From positions 704,001-768,000 of the forward strand of contig CBDEUK010000002.1 of assembly GCA_965243205.1 (NCBI GenBank): DNA of 64,000 bases, read 5' to 3'. This document shows, one piece after another, positions 11,064 through 20,905 of the stretch (position 1 is its first letter; each line of letters begins with the position of its first letter). Under the pieces are notes generated by a model. The model saw nothing but the letters and a program-made list of their open reading frames with translations. It searched no databases and had not been told where the DNA came from. Made by a program: the position numbers and the translations under genes. The stretch comes from Gammaproteobacteria bacterium (GTDB lineage Bacteria > Pseudomonadota > Gammaproteobacteria > Eutrophobiales > Eutrophobiaceae).

Positions 11064-12166
11064 TGCGATGCCTTGATGATTAATTTAGATTTCGCCTTAC
11101 CATTATCATTAACGAAATTCGAGACCTCAGAAACATAGCCCAATTCATTTAATTGTTTATTAAACGTTTCAATCGATGTCATTGAGTTTGCTTCAAGTTG
11201 ATAATCGAACCGACCATTCTTCCATGAATAACCTAATAATTTGATATCTGGAAAATTATTACTGGTTTTTATAATACTGCCATATATTTCATAAAATGGA
11301 TTATCCGAACCGTCACTTTGTGCTCCCAGTTTTTTGAGTTGTTGTTCTGCTTGAACTTTAGGACGAACAATTTTCTTCACATTTGGGAAAGCCTGTTTAA
11401 ATAGATCTTCACTTTGTTGAACCAGTTGTTTTTGTTCAGATTCTAAAGTAATAATTTGATACCACGAATATCCAAAATGGATTATCAGACTGAGTAATAC
11501 TAAAGCCACTGCTGGCAACCATTGCATAAAGCTGAATTTCGAAGCTTTCCTGAACTCATAATTACCAGAAAATAAATTCAGGTTCGGCGCTGGCATTGCA
11601 TTTTTAACTAACCAATTTTTAAAATCTTTGAATTTGTCTGTTTGGGCTAATGGTTTGATGTTTTTTGGAAGAAAAGATAAATCTTCTTCATCTTTGTACC
11701 AATAATGAATCTTTTTGGGAGGTGAATCTCCGCGTAAATATAATTTTATCTGGCTAGATAAATTCGATTTATGGCATTCAAAACCGTCATAAATACCGGT
11801 TCTAACTAATGCTCTATCGTTATGTATGGCCACACACCATCGCCCCTCTACCACCGGCAAGATCAGCACATCAGGTAATGCGATAGTCTCTGGCTTATTG
11901 TAATGTTCTTGCAAGAACTGCATGGAATCATGACTGACGACTGAAACATGCAATTGATTTGGTTCATCACTGGCTCGAGCCCAGGCAAAATGAAGATCAT
12001 CAACATTTTGCACCACTTCGTCTTCTAATGCATAAGGCAATGCCGCCTGTAAATCCTGTTGATTATTAATACCAAGATTAGTCTTTAAAAAGGTGACTTG
12101 AGATGCCGGCACTAAAACGAAATCAATTTCATCTTTGGTAAGTGTGATTATATTGTTCTGACTCAT
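11060..12166 (-). CDS. gspL: Type II secretion protein L
   Basis: ALPYALED...LHFA, LPDVLILP, NLFSGNY, single TM, FKQAFP. Confidence 0.88.
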   Translation of the reverse strand: MSQNNIITLTKDEIDFVLVPASQVTFLKTNLGINNQQDLQAALPYALEDEVVQNVDDLHFAWARASDEPNQLHVSVVSHDSMQFLQEHYNKPETIALPDVLILPVVEGRWCVAIHNDRALVRTGIYDGFECHKSNLSSQIKLYLRGDSPPKKIHYWYKDEEDLSFLPKNIKPLAQTDKFKDFKNWLVKNAMPAPNLNLFSGNYEFRKASKFSFMQWLPAVALVLLSLIIHFGYSWYQIITLESEQKQLVQQSEDLFKQAFPNVKKIVRPKVQAEQQLKKLGAQSDGSDNPFYEIYGSIIKTSNNFPDIKLLGYSWKNGRFDYQLEANSMTSIETFNKQLNELGYVSEVSNFVNDNGKAKSKLIIKASQ

Positions 12167-12432
12167 CCTGTGAATGATATTATGTCTTGAGGTAACAATC
12201 TAACGGTTATCTAAATTTCATAAAAATGCAATAAAACTGAAAATCCGCTTAATAGATCCAATAATTGTAATCTCCCAATAAAAACATACTGACTTCCAAA
12301 AAGGAAACACTGTTATAGACAACTTCTAATTCAAATGTTCATATCATATTGATAAAAAATGACACCCTTAACAAATAAATAAAAAATCTATACATATTTA
12401 TAATATAATTCATTCTTTTTTTAGGTTTATAA

Positions 12433-13857
12433 ATGCCATTAAATATTAAACAGTTACTAGCTGATGAAGCAGGAAATAATTACGCCTTACACGATCAGCA
12501 CGTCAATCCAAAATTCGCAAAAACCTTAAAAACCATTGGTTTTGACCGATGTTATGTTAAGGCAGAAGACCAATATCTTTGGGATAATGATGGCAGACGC
12601 TATTTAGACATGCTCGCAGGATATGGCGTATTCAACGCCGGTAGAAATAATCCTGAAATTCGCCAAGCTTTGTTCGACTTCATGAATGAAGACTATTCCA
12701 GTTTGGTACAAATGGAGGCGCCTTTACTCTCTGGTATTTTGGCCAAAGAACTCAAACAACGCATGCCCAACCAAATGGACTATGTTTATTTCACTAACTC
12801 AGGGACTGAAGGTGTCGAAACCGCGATCAAATTTGCCAAGTGCGCGACCCAACGAGAAGGTATTCTATATTTTTCTAAAGCCTTTCATGGCTTGAGTAAC
12901 GGTTCCTTATCTATCAACGGTGATGACACTTTTCGTGAAGGATTTGGCGATTTATTACATGCCTGTCAAAAAATCCCATTGGGTGATATTGATGCTTTGG
13001 AAGACGCCTTAAAAACCCAAAATTTTGCTGCCCTTATTTTTGAACCTATTCAGGGAAAAGGCGTAAACATTCCACCTGCTGGTTTTCTACAAAAAGCTCA
13101 AGAATTATGTCAGCGTTATGGAACTTTGTTTGTGGATGATGAAATTCAATCTGGTATGGGAAGAACAGGAAAATTCTTAGCGCTGGAACATGAAGGCGAC
13201 TTAGATCCTGACATGGTTATACTCTCTAAATCTTTATCAGGTGGCTTTATTCCTATTGGCGCTGTGCTTACAAAAAAGAAAATATACGACAAAGTATTTT
13301 CTTCACTGGATCGTTCTGTGGTTCACTCCTCTACCTTTGGTCAAGGCAGCTTAGCTATGGTCGCAGGTTTAGCTAGCTTAAACTATATGGATGAACACGA
13401 ATTAATTGAAAATGCAAAAAACATGGGAGATAAACTGGGCGAAGGTTTATTAGCCTTAAAAGACAAGTATCAGTTTATTAAAGATGTGCGTTGGCGAGGG
13501 TTAATGGTAGCAATTGAATTTGGTGAACCTAAATCCTTTAAATTAAAAGCTGCTTGGGCTTTAGCACATAAACTCAATAAAAATTTATTCCCGCAAGCTA
13601 TAACAATCCCGTTGTTACAAGATCATGGGATTCTAACTCAAGTTGCAGGTCATAATATCGATGTGATCAAATTAATACCGCCTTTAATCATTAATGAAGA
13701 CGATGTTAAAACATTTATTAATGCATTTGAGCAAGTTATGGAGAGTTTACATAAGTTTCCTGGTCCAAGCTGGGAAGTGATTTCTAGAGTGGGTAAATCA
13801 TCAATTGCCAATGCCCCGAACTTAAATCAGTTCACAGGCTCTGCAAGTAATGTATGA
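12433..13857 (+). CDS. hpnO: Class III PLP aminotransferase, aminobacteriohopanetriol synthase HpnO-like
   Basis: YLDMLAGYGVF, FTNSGTEGVE, DEIQSGMGRTG, LSKSLSGG; first gene of shc operon. Confidence 0.85.
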   Translation: MPLNIKQLLADEAGNNYALHDQHVNPKFAKTLKTIGFDRCYVKAEDQYLWDNDGRRYLDMLAGYGVFNAGRNNPEIRQALFDFMNEDYSSLVQMEAPLLSGILAKELKQRMPNQMDYVYFTNSGTEGVETAIKFAKCATQREGILYFSKAFHGLSNGSLSINGDDTFREGFGDLLHACQKIPLGDIDALEDALKTQNFAALIFEPIQGKGVNIPPAGFLQKAQELCQRYGTLFVDDEIQSGMGRTGKFLALEHEGDLDPDMVILSKSLSGGFIPIGAVLTKKKIYDKVFSSLDRSVVHSSTFGQGSLAMVAGLASLNYMDEHELIENAKNMGDKLGEGLLALKDKYQFIKDVRWRGLMVAIEFGEPKSFKLKAAWALAHKLNKNLFPQAITIPLLQDHGILTQVAGHNIDVIKLIPPLIINEDDVKTFINAFEQVMESLHKFPGPSWEVISRVGKSSIANAPNLNQFTGSASNV

Positions 13858-13902
13858 TATTGCGTTATTAAAAAATTCTACCAAGGTACAACATCTATTA
13901 AT

Positions 13903-14958
13903 ATGAATGCCGTTAATGCCGAAACGCTACAATCGGATTTAACCGAAGAATACCAATACCAAGAAGATATCCTACAAGGTGTCTCCCGAACATTTGCCCT
14001 TACAATACCTCAATTGCCAACTCAATTAGCGAATGTAGTCGGTAATGCCTACCTGCTTTGTCGTATAGCCGACACAATAGAAGATGATAAAGATTTACCG
14101 TTCGAACAAAAACAATTGTATTCAGAGTTTTTTATTGATGTGGTCAAAGGTACAAAAAGTTCAAAACAATTCGCTGAAGAACTGCATCCATTATTATCTC
14201 CGACAGCAACGGATGCCGAAAAAGATCTCATTAAAAATACCGAACCAGTTATTCGAATAACCCACAGTTTTAATGACCGACAACGCAAGGCTTTAGAGCG
14301 CTGTGTCACCATCATGGCTGATGGCATGGTCAGATACCAAGATGCTGAGACCTTAGAAGGACTCGCTGATCAACCTGCCATGGATGAATATTGTTATTAC
14401 GTGGCGGGGGTAGTTGGAGAAATGCTCACAGAGTTATTTTGTGATTATTCTCCCGAAATTAACAAAAACTACGACGAATTATTTCAACTCTCAGTATCAT
14501 TCGGCCAAGCATTGCAAATGACCAATATTCTCAAGGATATTTATGATGACTATGAACGTGGTGCTTGTTGGTTACCAGCAGAAGTGTTTAATCGACATGG
14601 TTTTAACTTAAAAGATTTACGACCGGGTCTAAAAAATGCTGATTTTGAGGCGGGTCTAGGCGAACTAATTGGTCTTGCCCATAGTCATCTTAATAATGCC
14701 TTGAAATATACTTTAATGATGCCGAATAAAGAGACAGGGATCCGTAAATTCTGTTTATGGGCAATCGGAATGGCTGTTTTAACATTGCAAAATATCAATC
14801 AAAAACGCGATTTTAAAGATGGTTCAGAAGTCAAAATTAGCCGTAATAGTGTGAAAAAGACCATAGCAGCGACTAACTTATTGATTCGTAGTAATAAAAT
14901 GCTTTCTATGCTGTTTTCTGTTTCGGCAAAGGGATTGCCCAAAACCGCTATTTTATGA
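13903..14958 (+). CDS. Squalene synthase (single-enzyme FPP:FPP farnesyltransferase type)
   Basis: VSRTFAL, YLLCRIADTIEDD, YCYYVAGVVG, LQMTNILKD; SQS-type motifs rather than HpnC/D. Confidence 0.85.
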   Translation: MNAVNAETLQSDLTEEYQYQEDILQGVSRTFALTIPQLPTQLANVVGNAYLLCRIADTIEDDKDLPFEQKQLYSEFFIDVVKGTKSSKQFAEELHPLLSPTATDAEKDLIKNTEPVIRITHSFNDRQRKALERCVTIMADGMVRYQDAETLEGLADQPAMDEYCYYVAGVVGEMLTELFCDYSPEINKNYDELFQLSVSFGQALQMTNILKDIYDDYERGACWLPAEVFNRHGFNLKDLRPGLKNADFEAGLGELIGLAHSHLNNALKYTLMMPNKETGIRKFCLWAIGMAVLTLQNINQKRDFKDGSEVKISRNSVKKTIAATNLLIRSNKMLSMLFSVSAKGLPKTAIL

Positions 14959-15065
14959 GAAAATTCAATATCTTTTGCGCAAAGCCTATAATGTAGTATC
15001 ACGTATTACAAAAGAATAAGTACAAAAATAGAACGAATGCACACGTATTTGGGGAAAAATATTTT

Positions 15066-17003
15066 ATGTTAATGGAGCCTAATGCCGAATTGGGTCGTAA
15101 CAATGTGAGCAATCAAGCATCAGATGTTGTTCGCAGACTGAAACCTCTACCTCTTAATGAAGCGATTGACCTAGCTAATGAAGCTTTAATTAATGATCAA
15201 CAAGCCGATGGTCATTGGATATATGAACTGGAAGCCGATTGCACTATCCCAGCAGAATATATCTTGATGATGCATTTTGTCGGTGATGTAGACGAACCAC
15301 TGCAAGAAAAAATCGCTGTATATCTAAGAGAAAACCAAGACGAGCACGATGGTTGGTCTTTATACAATGGTGGAGTGTTTGATCTCAGCTGCTCTGTAAA
15401 AGCGTATTATGCTTTGAAGCTGGTCGGCGATGATCCAAATGAAGAGCACATGGTTCGTGCTCGCAATGCAATTTTAAACCATGGTGGTGCAGCTCATGCC
15501 AATGTATTTACGCGAATCACCTTGGCGTTATTTGGGCAAGTCCCATGGCGTGCGACACCATTTATTCCAGCTGAAGTTATTTTATTACCAAAATGGTTTC
15601 CGTTTCATATCAGTAAAGTTTCTTACTGGTCACGGACTGTTATGGTTCCTTTATTTATACTATGTACTTTAAAACCTTCAGCGGCCAACCCTAACGGTGT
15701 TGATATTCGCGAGTTATTTACCATACCACCAGAAGATGAAACAAATTATTTCCGTGTCACGACTCCTTTAAGCCGTGCGTTTTTGATGCTCGATAATATC
15801 GGCCAACTTATTGAAAAATGTGTACCTCGTTTTGTCAGAAATATTTCTATCCGTAAATGTAAACAGTGGTTTAAACGCCGCATGAACGAGGACTACGGAA
15901 TTGGTGGTATTTTTCCAGCTATGGTTAATGTATACGAAGCTTTAATTGTACTCGGCTACTCTAAAAACGACCCTATGGTTGTCAATGCAAAAAAAGCCAT
16001 TGATCGTTTATTAGTAGAACGTAACGATGGTATGTATTGTCAACCATGCCAATCACCTGTTTGGGATACTGCTTTGGCCAGTCAAGCCTTAATAGAATCT
16101 CAATCTATCAACGAAGAGATAGAATCAGCATTGGATTGGTTAGCTGAAAGACAGCTTTCTGATGAGCCCGGTGATTGGCGAGATGTACGTCCCGATTTAA
16201 ACAGTGGTGGTTGGGCATTCCAATACAGTAATTATCACTATCCAGATCTGGATGATACTTCAATGGTCGCTTGGGCTATGCAACGTGCCAAACCTGAGAA
16301 ATATAAAACTGCTATTGATAGCGCTGCTGAATGGGTTGCAGGCATGCAGTCACGTAATGGTGGTTTTGGTTCTTTCGAAGTTGATAATACTCAATATTAT
16401 CTCAATGCAATACCATTTGCTGATCATGGCGCCTTATTGGATCCACCTACTGCGGATGTTACTGGTCGTTCAATAGCTTTATTAGCACTAGCGAATAAAG
16501 ATAAATATGCTTCAAACATATTAAAAGCAATCGAATATATTAAAGACGACCAAGAAAATGACGGTTCATGGTTTGGTCGTTGGGGCACAAACTATATTTA
16601 TGGTACTTGGTCTGTATTAACGGCACTTGAAATCAGTGGCGAAGACCCAAAACAAGAATATATTCAACGTTCAGTAACATGGTTAAAACAAATGCAAAAT
16701 GCTGATGGTGGTTGGGGCGAGAGTAATGATAGTTATTATCCACCTAAGCATCGTCGACCTCATCCGAGTACTTCATTTCAAACTGCATGGGCCCTATTAG
16801 CTTTATTAGCTGCTGACGAAGTACATTCTGATGCAGTGAAACAAGGCATTGAATACTTACTACGTAAGCAAAATCAAGATGGGCTTTGGCATGATTCTGA
16901 TTATACTGCCCCAGGTTTTCCTCGGGTATTTTATTTAAAATACCATGGCTATACTAAGTACTTCCCTATTTGGGCACTTGCTCGATATCAAAAACTAAAA
17001 TAG
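15066..17003 (+). CDS. shc: Squalene-hopene cyclase
   Basis: Catalytic DLDD (YPDLDDTS), QW repeats (QENDGSWFGRWG, QNADGGWGE), GFPRVFYLKY. Confidence 0.97.
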   Translation: MLMEPNAELGRNNVSNQASDVVRRLKPLPLNEAIDLANEALINDQQADGHWIYELEADCTIPAEYILMMHFVGDVDEPLQEKIAVYLRENQDEHDGWSLYNGGVFDLSCSVKAYYALKLVGDDPNEEHMVRARNAILNHGGAAHANVFTRITLALFGQVPWRATPFIPAEVILLPKWFPFHISKVSYWSRTVMVPLFILCTLKPSAANPNGVDIRELFTIPPEDETNYFRVTTPLSRAFLMLDNIGQLIEKCVPRFVRNISIRKCKQWFKRRMNEDYGIGGIFPAMVNVYEALIVLGYSKNDPMVVNAKKAIDRLLVERNDGMYCQPCQSPVWDTALASQALIESQSINEEIESALDWLAERQLSDEPGDWRDVRPDLNSGGWAFQYSNYHYPDLDDTSMVAWAMQRAKPEKYKTAIDSAAEWVAGMQSRNGGFGSFEVDNTQYYLNAIPFADHGALLDPPTADVTGRSIALLALANKDKYASNILKAIEYIKDDQENDGSWFGRWGTNYIYGTWSVLTALEISGEDPKQEYIQRSVTWLKQMQNADGGWGESNDSYYPPKHRRPHPSTSFQTAWALLALLAADEVHSDAVKQGIEYLLRKQNQDGLWHDSDYTAPGFPRVFYLKYHGYTKYFPIWALARYQKLK

Positions 17004-17010
17004 TTACCGT

Positions 17011-17706
17011 TTGAACTATCCTATAGGTTTTGTTGTAGCTTTAACCAGAGAAGCTCAAACACTGCAAACAGGTGTTAAGCCCTCTTTTCATGCAATAGAT
17101 TTTCACACTAATGCGAAGCTATTTATTTCTGGAATGGGGTATGAAAACGCAAGGCTTGCTGCAGAAAATTTAATTCAATCTGGTTGTAAACATTTAATTA
17201 GCTGGGGTAGTTGTGCTGCATTATCATATGAATTATCAATCGGCGATGTTATTATTCCAAATACGGTTATTGACTTTGATAATAACAAAACTGATTTATA
17301 TCCTGATTTACTTCCATCAAAAATCATTAAAAATAATTTAGTTAGATCAGATACAATCTATCTCCATCTAGATAAGGTTGTTTGTTCTGAATCTGATAAA
17401 AAACAATTACATCTTGATACGAATGCAGTTGCCGGTGATATGGAATCATTGGCTGTTGTAGATATCGCTAAACAACATAATATTACGTCCAATATTATCA
17501 GATCAGTCAGCGATTCTAGAAAAACTGTTATACCCTATAAAATTACACAACATATAAACCAATATGGTGATTTAATTTTCCCTGATTTTTACAAAGCTTT
17601 ATTATTGAATCCTTTTTCAATTCCACAATTAATTCAGCTAGGAAAAGGCTTTAAAGTCGCCATGAACAATTTGAATCTAATTAAGAACGAGCTTATTGAA
17701 AATTAA
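17011..17706 (+). CDS. hpnG: Hopanoid-associated nucleoside phosphorylase HpnG-like
   Basis: VVALTREA, SGMG, LISWG, DMES, RSVSD; directly after shc. Confidence 0.82.
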   Translation: MNYPIGFVVALTREAQTLQTGVKPSFHAIDFHTNAKLFISGMGYENARLAAENLIQSGCKHLISWGSCAALSYELSIGDVIIPNTVIDFDNNKTDLYPDLLPSKIIKNNLVRSDTIYLHLDKVVCSESDKKQLHLDTNAVAGDMESLAVVDIAKQHNITSNIIRSVSDSRKTVIPYKITQHINQYGDLIFPDFYKALLLNPFSIPQLIQLGKGFKVAMNNLNLIKNELIEN

Positions 17707-17715
17707 TATTATCTT

Positions 17716-20310
17716 ATGAATTCTATCGATAGAGTCATCAACCATTTAAGCAAATTAGTTCTTAAATACAGTATAGGTATCATATCTATTATTCCTATAA
17801 TAGCTAGCTTATTAATTTTTTATATCATTAATAACCTAGAGATGAATACAGATACCAGAGACATGCTCTCTGAAGAATTGCATTGGCGTCAGCTAGATAT
17901 CCAATATGAAACCCTTTTTCCACATATCGTTGATAACCTTGTACTTGTTGTTGAAGCTAAAACTGCTGACGAAGCTGAAGATTATGCAAAGTTACTAAAC
18001 AATCATTTGCAAAACAAACAAGAGTCATTTCATTCTATATATTATTTTAAAGAACAAGATTTTTTTAAAAAAGCTTCGTTACTTTATCTCGATCTAGATG
18101 AGCTTTATGACCTTTCAGATACACTTGCAAACTATCAACCTTTTTTGTCCAGATTATTATCTGACCAAAGCTTGGGAGGATTTCTATCACTTCTAATTGA
18201 TGGCATAAAAGAAAAACTTCATAATGATACTATCAATATTGAACCTCTTATCTCTGAATTTAATACAACTTTATCTGATTTTAATAAAAATCAACATTAT
18301 CGTTTCTCTTGGCAATCGCTTTTATCGAAAAATAGCGTTGATACAGATATTTTTAGAGAAATCATTATCGTCCAACCAAAACTAAATTATACGGAGTTAT
18401 TTCCAGCAGAGAAAATCATTCAAGATATAAGAGAGATCGCTACAAACTTAGGGATTAGTGAAAGTAACAATTTATCATTAAAAATGACAGGTTCAGTAGC
18501 ACTTGCCCATGAAGAGTTTTTAAGTGCCTCAAAAGCTAACTTATATGCAATTATTGGTTCGCTAGTATTAGTTACCATCTTATTAATTATAGGGCTTGGC
18601 TCTTATAGATTAGTATTAATTACATTAGCTTGTTTAATTATAGGCCTTATTTATACTGCTGGATTTGCAACCTGGGCAATCGGTGAACTCAATTTAATAT
18701 CCATTGCCTTCGCTGTATTGTATATAGGCCTTGGTGTCGATTTCAGCATACATTATTGTTTAAAATTTAAAAACAATATAAAGATAAATAATAATTCGCT
18801 TAACGCTATACATCAAACAAACATAAAAATTGGCAGACCTCTTTTCTTATGCGCAATTACAACAGCAATGGGTTTTTTCGCTTTTTTGATTACTGATTAT
18901 AAAGGTGTTGCAGAACTTGGATTAATAGCCGGCTTTGGTATGTTTATTAGTTTTTTTATGACATTAATTTTCTTACCTGCATTATTAAAATATATCCCGA
19001 TTAAGCTTACTGATTCAGTATTAAATAATTTCAAAAATTCAAATTGGTTAAAATTTCCAGAAAATAATTCTAAATTAATTATTTATATATCAATTATCAT
19101 AAGTAGTTTATCTATATTATTAATCACTCATGTACAGTTCGATTACGATTTATTAAATATACAACCTAAAAAAAATGAATCTGTATTAACTTTTAAAAAA
19201 TTGCTTTCGGATAAAAACATATCACCTCTAAGAAACGTTGTGGTAAAGAAATCATCTGATAATATTTCAAAAACACAACATTCTTTAGAAGCACTGAACA
19301 CTGTATATGAAACCCATTCAATTGATAGCTTTATACCAAAAGATCAAGAAGAAAAATTAATTATCGTTGATGAACTAAATCTTCTTATGGGAGATTTATT
19401 TGAAAAACGCGATAAAAATAATTATACATTATCAGAAATAAAACAGCGTATCACCGAATTAAATAAGCTTTTAATTCTAAATAAAAATACATTATACGAA
19501 GAAACTTATTCCAACCTTAGTCTTTTGTTAACAACACTGGAAAGTTCTGACCAACCTCAATCAATTATTAATCATTTTGAAAAAAATTTATTTGATTCTT
19601 TAACAGGCAGAGTTGAGATTTTATCAAATTCATTACAAGCAGAAGAATTAACTTTAGATGAACTTCCTTCTAATTTTAAATCAAGATGGATAAATAATGG
19701 CTATTATCTAATCGAAGTTATACCTGAAAATAATTTATCTGATACAGAAGAATTAAAACTGTTTGTGCATGAAACACAATCTATAGAAAATAATATTACT
19801 GGAGCGCCTGTGGTTTCGATAGAAGCAGGCAACGCAGTGATTGCAGCTTTTAAACAAGCATTTATTGCTGCCTTTTTAGCAGTCACTATATTTTTATTAT
19901 TTCTACTCAAGAATAAATTAGATGTAATATATATCCTGATACCACTTATACTGGCCAGTCTATTTACTGCTGCAGCTTCGGTTATATTTAATATTCCCCT
20001 TAATTTTGCCAATATTATTGCTTTACCATTACTGTTTGGCATTGGAGTTGACAGTGCTATTCATATAGTCAATCAATCTCGTCATAATGATTCAGCTTCT
20101 TTATTGGAAAGCAGTTCTGCTAAAGCTATTTTTATAAGTGCTTTAACCACTATGTTAAGCATAGGTAATTTGGCACTTTCTGAACATCCTGGCACAGCAA
20201 GCATGGGATTATTACTTGTGATAGGTATTAGTTTTGCTTTGATATGTACTTTGGCGATTACCCCAGCGTTACTATCTATAAGAGCTGAGAAAAATTCGCG
20301 CCATCCATAG
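17716..20310 (+). CDS. hpnN: Hopanoid RND/MMPL transporter HpnN
   Basis: MNTDTRDML, FAVLYIGLGVDF, NFANIIALPLLFGIGVD, HPGTASMG. Confidence 0.9.
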   Translation: MNSIDRVINHLSKLVLKYSIGIISIIPIIASLLIFYIINNLEMNTDTRDMLSEELHWRQLDIQYETLFPHIVDNLVLVVEAKTADEAEDYAKLLNNHLQNKQESFHSIYYFKEQDFFKKASLLYLDLDELYDLSDTLANYQPFLSRLLSDQSLGGFLSLLIDGIKEKLHNDTINIEPLISEFNTTLSDFNKNQHYRFSWQSLLSKNSVDTDIFREIIIVQPKLNYTELFPAEKIIQDIREIATNLGISESNNLSLKMTGSVALAHEEFLSASKANLYAIIGSLVLVTILLIIGLGSYRLVLITLACLIIGLIYTAGFATWAIGELNLISIAFAVLYIGLGVDFSIHYCLKFKNNIKINNNSLNAIHQTNIKIGRPLFLCAITTAMGFFAFLITDYKGVAELGLIAGFGMFISFFMTLIFLPALLKYIPIKLTDSVLNNFKNSNWLKFPENNSKLIIYISIIISSLSILLITHVQFDYDLLNIQPKKNESVLTFKKLLSDKNISPLRNVVVKKSSDNISKTQHSLEALNTVYETHSIDSFIPKDQEEKLIIVDELNLLMGDLFEKRDKNNYTLSEIKQRITELNKLLILNKNTLYEETYSNLSLLLTTLESSDQPQSIINHFEKNLFDSLTGRVEILSNSLQAEELTLDELPSNFKSRWINNGYYLIEVIPENNLSDTEELKLFVHETQSIENNITGAPVVSIEAGNAVIAAFKQAFIAAFLAVTIFLLFLLKNKLDVIYILIPLILASLFTAAASVIFNIPLNFANIIALPLLFGIGVDSAIHIVNQSRHNDSASLLESSSAKAIFISALTTMLSIGNLALSEHPGTASMGLLLVIGISFALICTLAITPALLSIRAEKNSRHP

Positions 20311-20600
20311 CGCAATTTCGTTCCGTGCCATTTTTGTGAGCTATTGTAGGAGATATTTCACTTACTCTTGCTGATAGAGATGTAGGAGCATCAGCGAGTT
20401 AGTATTTTATATCTAAAACTTAAGCCTCCCTGTCAAAATTATTATGACGTCCATTGTGTTTTACTATCCATATAACCAAATTTCATTTTAGCTAACTGAT
20501 TAGGATGTATAATCAGATCTTCCCGTTGTTCTAATGAGCGATTTGTATCCGTACCTGTCTCTAATTAAAGAAACTTCCTTTTTTCATCCAGGCTAGAATA
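20292..20600 (-). ncRNA. Candidate CsrB/Rsm-type (CsrA-sequestering) sRNA; ends approximate
   Basis: Nine GGA motifs on the minus strand, seven as ANGGA; no credible ORF; 3' hairpin GCGCT-ATGGAT-GGCGC followed by a T run. Confidence 0.45.
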
Positions 20601-20806
20601 TACTGATACTCCAAAAAATTGTCGTCACCCATATGGGTGATTAATTGATATTATTTTAAGAATTTTTCCTATTTTTTGTCGTTTTGCCTAATTTTAATAA
20701 GATTTAGTTACATTGCTTCATCATTAAATGTGAAATTCAACAGCGAATTCTAGCTTCTAGCGACGAACTTTAAGCTAAAAGGCCGAATCGTATGATTTAT
20801 AAAGAA

Positions 20807-20840
20807 CTACAAGCCAATATAGTAAAATATTGACTTGTAG
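20807..20840 (-). terminator. Probable intrinsic terminator of nhaD
   Basis: 14-bp stem CTACAAGTCAATAT/ATATTGGCTTGTAG (G-U pair only on the minus strand) followed by TTCTTT. Confidence 0.55.
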
Positions 20841-20905
20841 ATACAGATAGGAAATAACGAGTGTAGTTATATAAGTTATTGATATTCAACAACTTATTAT
20901 CAAAT

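Noticed and set aside
20420-20480. Short minus-strand ORF ending NFDREA*
   Set aside because: Only about 20 codons, TTG start, no RBS; better explained by the sRNA candidate.
20870-20898. Inverted repeat ATAAGTTATTGA...TCAACAACTTAT, with a similar sequence near 37838, as possible MITE/REP or dif site
   Set aside because: Similarity is limited to an IHF-like WATCAANNNNTTR match in AT-rich DNA; no element ends, target duplication or XerD arm.
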